In this document: in pieces, positions 1 through 13,547 of the stretch
How the letters are laid out: each line of letters begins with the position of its first letter
How positions within the stretch are numbered: the stretch's first letter is position 1
Assembly: GCF_001194135.2 (NCBI RefSeq)
Contig: NC_068984.1
Span: 15,941,389-16,005,388, forward strand
Origin: Octopus bimaculoides
Taxonomy: Eukaryota
DNA: 64,000 bases
Reading direction: 5' to 3'
Position numbers and translations under genes: made by a program
Notes under the pieces: model-generated
What the model was told of the DNA's origin: nothing
The model's database searches: none
The model's input: the letters and a program-made list of their open reading frames with translations, nothing else

Positions 1-462
1 ACATTGTGTCCTTAAGCAAGGTACTTCATTGTTCCAGTCTATTCAACAATTCCCTTTTCTTCCAGCTGTCATACCCATGATGTTCTGCTGGATCCAGGGT
101 GGGAGGGATGAGAGGATGTCTATGTCTGCTCACAGCTCCATAGGTACCTAAAACAATTAGCAAAAGAATAGTACATGTTGCCAGGCCATTCACACTTACT
201 AGTACAGCTAAGCACTGTATATTTACATGTGGTAGTAAAACACTTTACACACACAAGGCAAGGTAAACGCTACAATCACATCTATTATAATAGAGATTAC
301 AGTAATATTAGTTCTATAAAAAATAGTTTTGCTAACTCCAGTTCTTTTAAAGTAAGGCATGAGTCAGATGAATATGTTATTTAATATCCTTCCTGACGTT
401 AATCCTTACCTGTTTTCAAACAAAGGACCTCTTGATCATGTTTATTCTTTTTTTTTATTCTT

Positions 463-643
463 TTATTTGTTTCAGTCATGACTGTGGCCATACTGGAGCA
501 CTGCCTTTAGTCGAGAAAATGGACCCCAGGACTTATTCTTTGTTAATCTAGTACTTATTCTATTGATCTTTTTTTGCCAAACTGCTAAGTTACGGGGGCG
601 TAAACACACAAGCATCAGTTGTCAAGCAATGTTGGGGGGACAA

Positions 644-693
<50 letters not shown>

Positions 694-850
694 CGGGCTT
701 CTTTCCGTTTCCATCTACCAAATCCACTCACAGGGCTTTGGTCGGCCTGAGGCTGTAGTAGAAGACACTTGCCCAAAGTGCCACGCTGTGGGACTAAACC
801 CGGAACCATGTGGTTGGTAAGCAAGCTACTTACTACACAGCCACTCCTGC
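463..850 (-). mobile_element. tRNA-head CORE-like SINE with central (TA)n (family 1)
   Basis: Head gcaggagtggctgtgtagtaag..., core ttgggcaagtgtcttctactacagcctc..., tail gactgaaacaaataaaa; many near-identical copies in the window. Confidence 0.85.
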
Positions 851-1204
851 GAATTTCTTAATTATATAAAAAATTATTCTGGATATAGTTGACCGATAGA
901 TAAAGTAAGACAAAGCAAAAACGTAATTGGGAACTGAAGAAAATTAAGATAGAGACAACAGAAAAAAATGTTTTTAAATGCTTCATATCTTCATCAAACT
1001 GGCAAATATGTAATGTATTTAAAAGACTAACTTCGTTTTAAGAAAGCTTTAGCTGAGTTTCAATATCATGAAAGACACACACACACACACTCTCTCTCCC
1101 TACCATTCTCTCTCTTTCTCTACCTTTCTCTCTCTCTCTCTCTCTCTTTCACTACCATTCTCCTTCTCTACTTTTCTCTTCCCTTTTATTTTTATTTATG
1201 CGCC

Positions 1205-1559
1205 CTTTCAAAGCCTAACCAGGCTCATGGGCCCAGTTTCCCGGTTTCTATGGTGTATGTGTTCTCCCCCAGCTGGACTGGACGCCAGTCCATCGCAACG
1301 TTACTCAAGAAACAGGAAGAAAGAGTGAGAGAAAGTTGGGGTGAAAGAGTACAACAGGGGTTGCCACCACCCNNNNNNNNNNAAAGAGTGAGAGAAAGTT
1401 GGGGTGAAAGAGTACAACAGGGGTTGCCACCACCCCCTGCTGGAGCCTCGTGGAGCTTTTAGGTGTTTTCGCTCACACATACAACGCTCAGTCTGGGAAT
1501 CGAATCTGTAATCCTCCGACCACTAGTCCGCTGCCCTAACCACTGGGCCATTGCGCCTC
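1205..1559 (-). mobile_element. Family 3 SINE with a gap-associated duplication
   Basis: Same head as 24161; N at 1373-1382. Confidence 0.75.
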
Positions 1560-1653
1560 TTCCCTACCATTCTTTTTCTCTCTCTCTCACATACACACAC
1601 AACATGGTGACACTCAATGAAAAGGGAAGAAAGTTAGAAGTAATCTGGCTTAC

Positions 1654-2353
1654 CTCAGTACATTTGCGAAATCTTTTGGGACTTACTCCATACTTTGTAG
1701 AATTTGTTGCACTTATCTTCTTTTTTTGAGAGACACAGTTTAGTTTCCCTCGAGAATATATACAAAGAGGCAGGTGAGATTTCTGAGATTTTAATGAACT
1801 TTGGGTGATAGCTACGTTTTCAATCACAGCATTTGACTGTTTGGTTGGTTCAACATCGTTACACAGTAAACTGTTATTCAAAGAATGTTTTGAGGAGTCT
1901 GAGGTACATAGAACATTTGGGTGATGCTGCAGCTTCTGTGAAGAACAGTCTTGGTGGAGTAGAATACTCTCACCATTCCTCTGAACAATATCCAAATGAG
2001 AAATTTCATTAAGGGTATTACGTTGTTGATTCTGTTGGCTCATCGGATCCCCTGAAAGTTTCCGTACGGAGGTAGTTTGTTGGTGATAAGAGTTAGCTTT
2101 TGAAGGAATGTTACTCTGGTGACAATGGCTGTAGTTAGAACAATGACAGGATAATTCCCCAAATGATTTCAGGAATGACTGCTGTTCTGGATTCAAAGAG
2201 CCATTAGTCATGGTTTCATGGTCGAATGTAGCATTCTCTTTTTCCATTGATGGGGAATGTAGTTTCAAGACTGGAAATGTTGGCTGTGCACTACTATGAT
2301 AGGAATCATGTAGTTTGTTGCTTTGGTTAGACCCGAACATGGCTGCATTTAGC
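1654..2353 (-). CDS. Large internal or first coding exon (233 full codons) of an unidentified Ser/Asn/Gln/His-rich protein; the gene continues off the left edge
   Basis: Inside ORF 1564..2370(-). Acceptor gtgtttttctcttttag|G at 2353 and donor GAG|gtaagc at 1654. The 700 nt are open. In-frame ATG (MFGSNQ) at 2340-2338. NLS-like SPKRFRK near the exon end. No family recognised. Confidence 0.75.
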
Positions 2354-3799
2354 CTAAAAGAGAAAAACACAGAAATAGAATACGATCAATTAAATATAAC
2401 AACAAATTAAACAGTTTAATATTTAGCTTTTTTTAAAAAGAATTACCAAGTTTTTCAAATTCCTAACCTGTTACTCCCCACCACCTTCTACTGCTTAATC
2501 CCCACTCTTGATAATTTGGTTTTTTCCTTTCTTTTCTTCCTGTAAAAATGTTAATAAAAACAAAATCTAAGACCAAAAAGTAAAACATTAAAAAAAAAAT
2601 ACTTTGAATTTTTTTTTTTTGAAACATAGAATTACAAAAATTGTCATCATTAGCTCATCATATAAATTCAGCATTTACATGTATATATAAAGGTTCTCTG
2701 TGTATGCTATAACAATTTGTAGGTTTATATCTTTTCTGCATAGAGAATTTGTTCTGTTGTTACTGCTTTTCTTTGTGGCTTTCAGTTTTCCATCGTCTTT
2801 TTAAGATACATTTTGAGTAAACCAAGTCAGATATCTAATTTTTCTTTTCTAGCTAGAACATCTCCACTTACAGTGAAAAGATCTCAACCAGCTAGAAATA
2901 ATAGTCAAATACACCTAAAATCACATACTACTGTCTTAAATAAAATCATGAGATAATAGATTTTTAGATATCCTTAAAAAGACAGGATCATCACAGTTGG
3001 AATGTCTGATCATAGGTCTACCAAATTAAGGCCAACTTAGGGCTGAACAACATAGGAATCCTTTTCACCAACTCTCCTCTATAAACACGAGATTTCATGC
3101 TTCTTTTAGTCTAACTGAATTGGACTACTTTCAGAACAAGCTAACTGCTAGCCATACAAACAAGTGTTGCACATTCTTTCACTTACACTAAAAGTAACAA
3201 TAGCTTAAAAGAAATTGATGTTACACCTGTGCACATTCCTACACACCTGGCAGCACTGCTAGCATGGCTCATTAACTTATATATTTTTCATATGACAGCT
3301 GCAAATCTTAAAACTGAATTTCTAATGTATATGTATAGTTGAACTTATTTTATGTAATGTTAATGAGAATGAAAAGATTCTAGTTTCATTCTTGTAAAAT
3401 GCACAATAAAATACAAACAACCCAGTAGCTACCGAAGTTGAAAGGTATATGAATTACGAGACTGTTCAGTTATCAACACACACACACATAAGAGACAGAG
3501 AGAGAGAGATTAAAAGAGAAAAAAGAATTTAGTGAATAAATACTTTGCTAAAATAACGATGGGATCAAGCCAGGAATTTCTTGTGCAGCTGTGGGCAACA
3601 AGCCCAGCGGTACACAAGAAAATCTTTTCAAGTTGCAGAGAAAAATCAATGATAAAGTAGCAAAAATCAAATGTTAATTCGACACGTTGAAAAGTTAGCT
3701 CTGATTGCTAAGGTGGATGTTTCCGCCAGGTCAGGTAGATTACATTGATATTTTATTTTGTAAGAGAAGAAAGGTATTAAAAAAAAAGAAAAAAAACCT

Positions 3800-5400
3800 C
3801 TGCCATGGAAATTAGATAGAATATCGAGCGTCTTACAACGAATGCATTTGCCAAAATTACTGTTCATATTGTTATAAAGTCGAGATCAATACATTCCTAA
3901 CATTTTATTGATTTTCATTATATATATATATATATATATATATATTAACGTCCTAATATAAATTAGTTAATGTGAATATAAACGATAGTATAATAAATGC
4001 TGTAAGAAAACGTATGGGGTTACAATAGTTTGTTAAAATCGAATCTAAGCTCTTAAAATCGAAGTTGACAACTAGGTAAGCCGCTTTCACAAAAAGAATT
4101 ATGAGAAGTTTAAGAGTTGCACAACCTTATTAACTTTGGTAATAACAGTTCTTTAACCCATCAAATCGAATTGTTGTCTATAAAAACCACGGCAGAAAAT
4201 ACAAATGCAATAAAGAAGTTTTCTAAACTATAAAACGATAAGACTTACCTAATCTATTAATGGACCGTCCGAAACTTTTTTTAGAACAAATACATAAATG
4301 AAATGAGAGTTTTAGAGAAAAATAAGACAAACCTCTACTGATAAGATTTATATCTGGTGTAAGAGCTACAATAAGCGGTGGAAAATCTATTGGGCAGGAA
4401 ATAATTTGCATAAAATGATTAAATGAAAGAAAATGTGGGACGGTTTAATTTCGTCTCACCTTTTTGTTGATCTGTCACCAATTGGAATGTTAGAGTTATC
4501 CTCCCTTGCACTAAACCATCGGACAGTTTACCTTCCCCCCTCTTTGTAACTAGAAAGCCATCCAGGTAGTGTAGTAGTAAGTAGGTTTTCTTAGTGATAG
4601 AGACGTTGTCCCCCCGCCTACATGTTCCATTACAGATCTCAGGCACTGAAGTTATTATATTTCAAAAGTGTAAAACCAAAAACCAAAATGAAAATATAAA
4701 AATGCTTTCACGATTTCTACTTACGTGGCTATAAAATTGTCGTGTAACACGAGCTGAACAATAGTTAGCAAATTGATAATGGTATAGTCATCGTAATATA
4801 AAACGCTTTCTTCACTACTTTAGATACAATAAAGTAAAAAAGTTACGGGTCACAATTAGTTTTAATGACAATTAGATGGAAGAGAATAAATACCCAGGTA
4901 AAACTATTTTAGAAAATAAAGATTCTTGTTTATTCTACACGTGTCTATTTCACAAAGGTGTGTCCACGAAATATTTCTTACAATACGAGATGAATTGTTA
5001 ACATGGGAAAAACAGAAAAACACAAATGATTAAGCAAGTTGTATTAGCTGCTATATACTGATGTGAAACTGAATTTGTTGTCCGGTTTAAGGATGGTGGG
5101 TTACGCAGAACCGTTGGAGCGTCATGCGAAATGAAGTGTTATATAGAGTAACGGTTCGTTCAGCTCTTAATTAAAATCCCGCCGTAGTTTAACTTTCCTT
5201 TTCTGGGGTCATAAAAAAGTACCAATCAAGTACTGGGATCAATATAACCGTCTGTTCACCTCTCCAGTTTATCGCCCTGTTCAACGCCAGACCCTTGAGC
5301 AGAGTCCTCGTTTGCAAGTAAGTCAGGTCTTCAGTTTGAGGGGTAACTTCCTCCCACTAGTTTCGTAGGCCATAAAAAATGTTTTGGGCGCAACCCTTCG
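3800..5400. promoter_or_regulatory. CpG-retaining, repeat-poor region; probable (bidirectional) promoter
   Basis: CG dinucleotides are visibly more frequent than in the flanks (not counted), and splice donors point away on both strands (4249/4725 minus; 5318 plus). Inference. Confidence 0.4.
4249..4830 (-). other. Probable 5' (likely untranslated) exons of the minus-strand gene
   Basis: Minus-strand donors TAG|gtaagt at 4249, AAG|gtgaga near 4460 and CAC|gtaagt at 4725; acceptor-like ttcag near 4647. No reading frame joins cleanly to the 2353 exon. Confidence 0.4.
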
Positions 5401-8400
5401 TTCTATCTCTGACTAAGCCACCAAAAATGTAGGGATTAGAAAACTTGAAGGAAAAAAAAAAAACCAAAAAAAAAAAAAAAAACCCAACACCCTCCATTCA
5501 CTCATTCGAATGAAAAGCCATGTTCCCATCCCTAAAACTAGCTTTCAAACCCGGAATAATTTAGTGTTAGCATAATGCAAAAATGCTAAATGAGGTTTAA
5601 AAATTTAATTAGAAGTACTTGCAATGAGAAAAAGGCAACCTTATCATTATTTAAATCCGTTTTCCACATTGGCAATGGATGGACGGTTTGACAGGGCCTG
5701 GTGAGCCGCAAGGCTGCATCAATGTCAGCTTTGGTATAGTTTCTATGGCTGGATGTCTTTCCTAATGCTAAACACTTAAGTGTGTACTAGGTGCTTTTCT
5801 TCATGCCACCAGCATGTGAGATTGCCCTCTTGACTAAGAGGGTGAGGAGGGTCCATTGAGAGGTGGAAATAGTTGTGCGTCATGTGTTGAGAGACTAAAA
5901 AGTAGGATAGAGGGACAAGCCCAGGCGTCTTGCTATAGAGGAGATACATGGTTACTCCACATTATATAGTGGTGGGTGGGAGTAGATGGAAAGAAGGGAG
6001 ATACTGAAGGTATGTTTCAGTACTTTTGGCCTTTCTCAGTTAAGTATACACTTCCTCATACATGCTGACATAGTGATAAGATAATCATTAAGTGTATAAC
6101 ATTATACACAAGTACAAACGAAAAGTTAGTATTTGGATTAGAAAAAAAAATCACTGAGATTAATTGCACAAGGATGCCATCTGCATGAAAAATGACAGTT
6201 AAGAAACACTAAAACAGCAAATTAATGGGATTGAATTATAGTACATTTTGAAGATTAATGAAGTTAGTTTTCTTTCTTTCATTTGTTTTATTTTTTTCTT
6301 AATCAAAACACTTTTAAACTCATCTTTTTTGAATGAATTATTGTTCATTTTCTAATCTTGTTTTCTGTTTTTTTTTTTTTGTTGTTGTAATTTTTCTAAG
6401 TAACTCAGACTCGATGCAAAATGAATTGAAATTTTGAAATGTAGAAATGAATTAAGACATTTTCAAAAACTGCTTCCAGTTTTTTGTAATAAGATCAATT
6501 TTCAATACAGCAAATAAAATTTATTAAAAATACAGTTTTTCTGTTGAATTATATATAGCTAGCTAAGTATCCATAAAAGTTTATAAGATTTATTTCTATT
6601 CCTGTTGAGTAATTTTTAATCTTTCTACTCCAGGCCTTGTTCCAGTATCTTGTGTGTCATTTGGTTGTCTTTCAGTTACTTTTGCTGTTTTTGTCAAACC
6701 TTGCTCCATTTTCTTCATGTGTTTCATTTTGTCTTCTTTCAATTATTCTTTTTATACAGAGTATTGCTTTACTTTTCTTGTGTTTGTTTTGTGACACTAC
6801 TACTCTCTAACACATCCATAATGGACTTATGATAATCATCTTTCTGCAGTTCAAAGTTGAATAGCTTCTCTACAACAGAGATCTTAAACTTGTTCTGTTT
6901 GTAAAGTCATTTCTTCAATTTCTTACTCTTACACTCTCACTACTCTTCAACATATTTTCTCCTCCTCCTCCTCTATACTGTTGCCTCTCTTTCCCCCTAT
7001 CTCATTAAAAATCTACCATCTTTTCTCTTCATTTCTTCTCTTTAAATAATATAAACAAATTTCTATCTTATACTAACTATCTAATTCCTTCTATCACATA
7101 TCTGTTTTTTGTTTTTACCTCTCCTACAATACTTTAGTACTTACACTGTCTCTTTCAATTTTTATTTCACCACTTCCTTATATTTCAGTTTTTGCTGACA
7201 TGACTGTCTCACGAGCATTATTAACTGCTGACTATTTCTCTCTCAACCCACCTCCTACACTGTCACTCCCCTACCTATTTATCTAACTTACTTCTCTTTA
7301 TAACACTCTCTCTCTCTTTCACCTCTTTTGTCACAGCTACTGCTGTCCCTTTTCATATTCCTATACATGAAAGAAACACAAAAACTAACAAAGAAAAAAG
7401 AGTTACTTGACATTTTATATAAAAAATGACTAATAAACAATTTGCATTGAGATGTCATTTCTATAAATCCATTGTAGAAGTTGTTGCATAGCCCCAGGTC
7501 AATCCAGATCAAGCAAACTGATAAGCAAAGGAACTTCACCTGAAATCATCCAGTTTTTTTCCCCCAAGGAACCTAAAACCACATTATCCAAGATGTCCTT
7601 TTTAACACAGCAGAGTGTGAGTGAAATAAATTTGGCTGTTATTTCTAGCAGATCAGCAGCTATGTAGAGGTTCACTCGTTAGCTCTAAGTTGTTTATTCT
7701 CAAGTCATTTCTGATCAAGGCCTCCTATAATCAAAGACATTCAGCCGTGACCACCTCTTCATCAGGAATAACATGGACTGCATCATAGAACGTGTCATTT
7801 TTTAAAGTTGGTTTATTATGATTTGAGAGAAGAGATTTGGTTGTTATGTCTCACAAGTCAAGTGATTAAGTAAAAGCTTCCATATTGGCTCTTATAGAAA
7901 AAATATTTATTAGTTAAGTGCTGGTAGGGACACCATATTTCATTATGTGACCATAGTATACTACAAAGTATATCAAAGTCTTATAAGTCAATAATGTGTC
8001 CTACCTGTGTTAGCAGTGCTATTACTTCACTTTTCAAAGACATCTCTACAGATACTTTATAGAAATCAGAGGTAGCACTGATTTGTTATGATCGAAACAA
8101 ATCAGAGCTGGCTATAATTTCTATAGACTATCTGCAGTGATAACCTTAAAAAGTGATATCTGTTAGTATCCACCTAACAATCAATCAATATGTAATGCTG
8201 AGTTTCCATGAATAACTTATGGACCAAATATAGCATTCCATTATGTAGAGACTCTATGTAAAATGTCAGACTGAAGTAGTTTTAGAGAAATTTACCCTAT
8301 TTGGAAAAATAAGATTATAACAAAGATTTGTATATATTGTTTTTAAAGAGCAACACTAATTTCAGTTGTCTCTATGGATGTGAAATATGAGTGTTAGCTG

Positions 8401-8485
8401 TTGAACAGGATCTTGAAATGAAATGTTATTGGAAGATCCTACAATGTTAAAAAAACTGTTGAAAAAAACTGCAAACCATGAAACT

Positions 8486-8820
8486 TTTACTCGTTCCAGT
8501 CATTTGACTGTGGCCATGCTGGAGCACCGCCTTTTAGTCGAGCAAACCGACCCCAAGACTCATTCTTTGGAAGCCTAGTACTTATTCTATCGGTCTCTTT
8601 TGCCAAACCGCTAAGTTACAGGGACATAAACACACCACCATCGGTTGTCATGTGATGTTGGGGGGACAAACACAGGCACACAAACATATACATACATATA
8701 TACGACGGGCTTTGGTCGGCCCAAGGCTATAATAGAAGACACTTGCCCAAGGTGCCATGCAGTGGGAATGAACCCGGAACCATGTGGTTGGTAAGCAAGC
8801 TACTTACCACACAGTCACAC
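8486..8820 (-). mobile_element. Family 1 SINE
   Basis: Same head, core and tail as 463-850. Confidence 0.85.
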
Positions 8821-9304
8821 CTTTAAAAAGGTTGGAAATGAAGTGGTCTAATCATGTAACACATCAAAAGGGCATTCTACCTCTCTAACAAAGATTAATT
8901 TTGGACAAACACCTAATAATAGAAGAATAGGAAAACCACAAAGAGGTGGTGGTGGTTGAGAAACATTAATGCATGGACAGAGAAGATGGAAGAAAACATG
9001 GTTAGCTGATGATGATCAGGTAAGGTGGAGTGTGTGTGTATGTGTGTGTGTGTTGTGTCCCTTATTGAGAACTTACAGCCTCCTGAAAGTACTGATTTTA
9101 ATTGATTAATCGTTTATATTACCACCAAAAAAGAAAATGAGGAGCTTTTAAGTTTCAGGAATGAAATTATAAAAGTTGCTTTGAGTCTTTTGTAATAAGA
9201 TCTATTTATGTTGCAATTAAAGCTAATTAAATCTAATTTATCAGTTAATTCTTTCTTCATGTGAAAGGTCTAGGGTAAGAGCTAAACTGTTGATAACTTT
9301 GTAG

Positions 9305-9461
9305 TTGTTTTGGCAAACCGTCATCATGTGCTCTTTCAGTCCTTACCTCCTGTGCCACCAGATAATTGTGGTTGGAAGATTGCCAACAAACCCAGCAGTC
9401 TTTTGTTGAGAGACCACTGCAACTACTTAATTTATTTTTTTTACTTCTTTGACACCAAAAA
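9305..9461 (+). CDS. Candidate exon of tentative plus-strand gene B (VVLANRHHVLFQSLPPVPPDNCGWKIANKPSSLLLRDHCNYLIYFFYFFDTK)
   Basis: tttgtag| acceptor, |gtaaga donor, open frame, phase 1 to 2. Confidence 0.3.
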
Positions 9462-11570
9462 GTAAGATATGCAAGGAGAGAGACAAAGGGAAGAAGGCGC
9501 TTTTTAGTCTTGTAAGGGACAACCCCTATAGTGTTAGTAGCAAGATAAAATGCACTCAGTCTTTGCTGTGAATTGGTTGGTAGTTATAGCGGAACTGAGC
9601 CATTGAAACCATGCCAAAATATTGGTATAAACAACAAAGTTGACTTTTAATTTGTTATTTTTTTCTGTTGTTATGCAGTCCAGATGACAAAGAATTAAGG
9701 TGGATGGAGAGGGGATATAAGGCCCATCCAAACCATGTCAACATGGAAAAATGGATGTATGAGGATTATCATGATACGATTAAATTATTGGTGAAGTTAA
9801 AAAAAAAAAGGTTTCAATTATAGAGGTATGACCATGCTGGGGCATAATCTTCAAGGGTTTTTTTTCTTAAAGTTAATCGTATTGATCCCTGTACTTATTT
9901 CATTGAACTTTATCAAATGACTTAACTTGCCCTTTAACACAAAGGGACACAACTTGATACACTGGTATGCACACATACACACACACAAGGGCCTTTCATA
10001 CAGTTTACATCAGCCAAATTCCACTCACAAGGAACTGAGTGAAATTTGGCAGAAGACAGAAGACACTTTCCCAAATTGCCATGCAGTAGATTTGATCCTT
10101 CTATTTTGAAGCAAACCTCTTAACCACGTGTGTGTGCGTAAGAGTGTATAAGGTACAGAATAAGGTTTAAAAAATATTTTATATGCACATGAATCTACTG
10201 TATTTTCACACATACACACAATCATCATCATCATCGTTTAATGTCCACTTTCCATGCTGGCATGGGTTGGACAGTTTGACTGAAAACTGGTAAACCAGGA
10301 AGCTGCACCAGGTTCCAATCTAATTTGGCAAGCTTTCTATGGCTGGATGTCCTTCCTAATGCCAACCACTACAAGAGTGTAGCAGATGCTTTTTACATGC
10401 CACACACAGATACACACACATATATATATTAGTGACGGTGCGGCCTAATGGTTAGGCTGTTGCATTCCTGATTGTTAAGTTGTGGGTTCAATTCCTAGAC
10501 CAGGCAGTGCATTGTGTTGTGTTGTGTTCTTGAGCAAAACACTCAGTTTCATGTTGTTCCAGTACTCCTTTTGACCAGTGATGAGGTGGGGTGGATCTCG
10601 GCCTGCTCACTTAGCCAGTGGGGTGTCATCGTTGGAAGGCTGAAACAATGCAAAGTGCATTGTGACCAGCTATGTGGAACAACATCTGAAAGTCTGGTCA
10701 GTCGCGTGGTATATACATACATGTATCACAGATGAACAAAAGGCATCATTAGAATTAAATAAATACATTAGGGACTTTTAGACAGAAACATCATCTAAGA
10801 ATAATCTTTTTTTTTTTGATATTTCAGCTATCCATCAGTTGCAATAGACATATGAATAAAATCAATAAATAAAACCTCCATTGAGACTAAACTAATTTTA
10901 TTTTCATAGCACATTTAATCTAATAGACAGACACAGCAGAATGTTAAAATATCTAGAATACTTCATTGGAAGATACAGTCCAACAGCAAAAGTAACTAAA
11001 CCCTTTTGCTACAAACCCACCTGAAACTATGATACAAACTCCCTGTTTTAAAGAGATCCAAATTAAAAGCCTCACATCAAAATTTCTTGTTGATTTATGT
11101 TCCAAATGCCAGGACAAAACTGTTTTAATAAATCCTTCATTATTTTAAACAAATTAACTGAATTAAAGGAAGCATCGAAAAAATAAATATGATAACAAAA
11201 GGGTTAAGCAAAGTATAAATGCCATTATATACCAAGACAGTCTTTCTAATACAAAATTGTTTGCCTCTGTTTAACTATCAGCAGTGAGGAAACTAAAAGA
11301 AAATAATAATTAAAAAAAAAAACTGGGTGTCTATATTAGTACTTTTGGTTGAAAATAATGATGTAAATTTAGTGCATATCACTAATGATATTTTGTAAAT
11401 ACCACAAGACTGTAGAATCAAGGCCAAGCACAAAATTAATAATTTTATACCTCCAAATGAGGCAGGGTTGTGATGAAAGCCAACGATATATTTAATATTA
11501 CTAACTTGATAATATGTTTCCAAAACGAATTACTGAATTATCTAAAAGTATATATGGATATATTTTGTAG

Positions 11571-11626
11571 CTTATTCATAGAAAGCAGGGCAACTCCCCA
11601 GACCTTCTTTCAAGGTTACAAGACTG
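11571..11626 (+). CDS. Candidate exon of gene B (LFIESRATPQTFFQGYKT)
   Basis: tattttgtag| acceptor, |gtagga donor, phase 2 to 1, matches neighbours. Confidence 0.3.
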
Positions 11627-12390
11627 GTAGGAGACAATTAGGTGACAAATTAAACAACCCAAAATTTGATATAGGTTCGATATAGGTTTCTTACTTTATG
11701 CAATTCGCAGAAGTATTAACGTAGGAGAGAATTAAATAACTAATTAACAATGGAAATAAAAACTGCCTATATTGGCTCTCCTCTATTAATACAAAGAATT
11801 TTAAGTGTATGTACAATTGAATTACCAGCTAAAAGATTTTGTGTTCTAATTCACTGAAGGTATCTTATGAAACATATTTAGTAATTGTACATTCTTAAGC
11901 TTAGTTAGGTGGCAAATTAGTAAAATTAGTAACATATCGAACTAAATACGTTGCAGTATTTGTTTCAGCTCTAAGTTTCAAGTTCAAATTCCACTGAGGT
12001 TAACAGTGTCTTTTAAACTTCTAGTCAATAAAATAAAGGACAAGGCTGGAATTGTTAGAGCTTTGGACAAAATATATTCAAGCTTTGGACATTCTCAATG
12101 CACAGGCAGATGTAGCAGACTTCTATGCATGTAGCCAACAAAATGGTGTCTTGCAGAAAATTACTTGTAGGAGTGGGGAATCATCTTAGTTGTCATTCAT
12201 AAAAATTCCATGACAAATACTATATTTAATGGCATAAAAGATATGGGAATATTAGACACGCTCCTATTTCAGAGGTGCATATTCACGAAAATAATTTCAG
12301 TGCATTAAAACATGTAATATAAGCCTAATGTTACATACTGGATCCTGGGGTGATATTTGCGAGACATTTTTCGGACAAAAGTGCATCTCA

Positions 12391-12660
12391 TATCATCATC
12401 ATCGTTTAACGTCCGCTTTCCATGCTAGCATGGGTTGGACGATTTGACTGAGGACTGGTGAACCAGATGGCGACACCAGGCTCCAATCTGATCTGGCAGA
12501 GTTTCTACAGCTGGATGCCCTTCCTAACGCCAACCACTCCGAGAGTGTAGTGGGTGCTTTTTATGTGCCACCGGCATTAGTGCCAGTAAGGCGATGCTGG
12601 GCACAGGTGCCGTCAGGATTTTGCTTTCACTTGCCCCAACAGGTCTTCACAAGCCCTATT
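12391..12660 (-). mobile_element. (ATG)n-tailed SINE (family 2)
   Basis: catcatcatcgtttaacgtccgctttccatgctagcatgggttggacg..., shared by many copies. Confidence 0.85.
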
Positions 12661-12700
12661 GAAATAAATCACCAAGGGTTGTTTATAAATCTGATGACAA

Positions 12701-12794
12701 GAAAGGACGAGGCAAGGATGAAACGTGAGGAAAGGACGAGGCAAGGATGAAACGTGAGGAAAGGACGAGGCAGGGATGAAGCGTGAGGAAAGGA
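12701..12794 (+). repeat. 29-bp tandem repeat, 3 copies
   Basis: gaaaggacgaggcaaggatgaaacgtgag at 12701, 12730 and 12759. Confidence 0.95.
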
Positions 12795-13162
12795 AGAACA
12801 ATCAGAGTAAATTGTTGGAAATAAGTAAGATAATCAGGTAATACTAACAGAAGTAGATTGATGTTCTATTTAATAATTTATTTTTCACGTTTGATAAATA
12901 TGGAAGCAGTTTTTCCTCAGAATTTTGAGCATTAAATTTTTGTCACATAGCAAACACTTAAAACAAGGTTTTATACTATTGGATATGTAAGTGAAAACAA
13001 GGACACAGTTTTTTAAAGCTTTGGACTGGTCTGATAGCTTCACAGAAAAAAAAAAAATCATTGATAAAATAAGGACAAACAAAACAGTCATTCTTAATTT
13101 CCTGCACCCAAATAGTAATAAAATTAGTCATACATTTTACACATACTTCTTTCATAAAATAG

Positions 13163-13237
13163 TCTCATGTATCAGTGAAACAGGTCAACTATGTAAGCAC
13201 CCTTCATTTCTGTTACCTGGACAGTCAGGTGAAAAAG
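13163..13237 (+). CDS. Candidate exon of gene B (SCISETGQLCKHPSFLLPGQSGEK)
   Basis: ttctttcataaaatag| acceptor; donor |gtaccg at 13238 or an internal |gtaagc at 13193, both phase 1. Confidence 0.3.
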
Positions 13238-13547
13238 GTACCGAGAGACTTTTTTTTTTTAAGTGTGGTGTGAGTTTTCTAGTTGTTAACTTTTAGTATC
13301 TCTAGCAACTATATTTCAACTAATGTCTACTAAAAAATAAAGCTTGTAGTAGCTTTTTTTTTCTTCATATTTGTTAATTTATCACTTCATAAAAAACTTA
13401 ATACTTTCATTTTAAACCAACTGATCATGTTTTAGATTATAACATTTAAATACAAGGAAACAAAGAAAGAAAAAAGGAGGTTAGGCAGCAGAAGAGGGAG
13501 CGTGAGGGGGCAGTGGGCCACATATCCCATAACAAATGGTGTGCTCA

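Noticed and set aside
6640-7330. Pyrimidine-rich tract that might be an antisense coding exon
   Set aside because: Multiple stops in all frames; likely low-complexity DNA or an unrecognisably decayed element.
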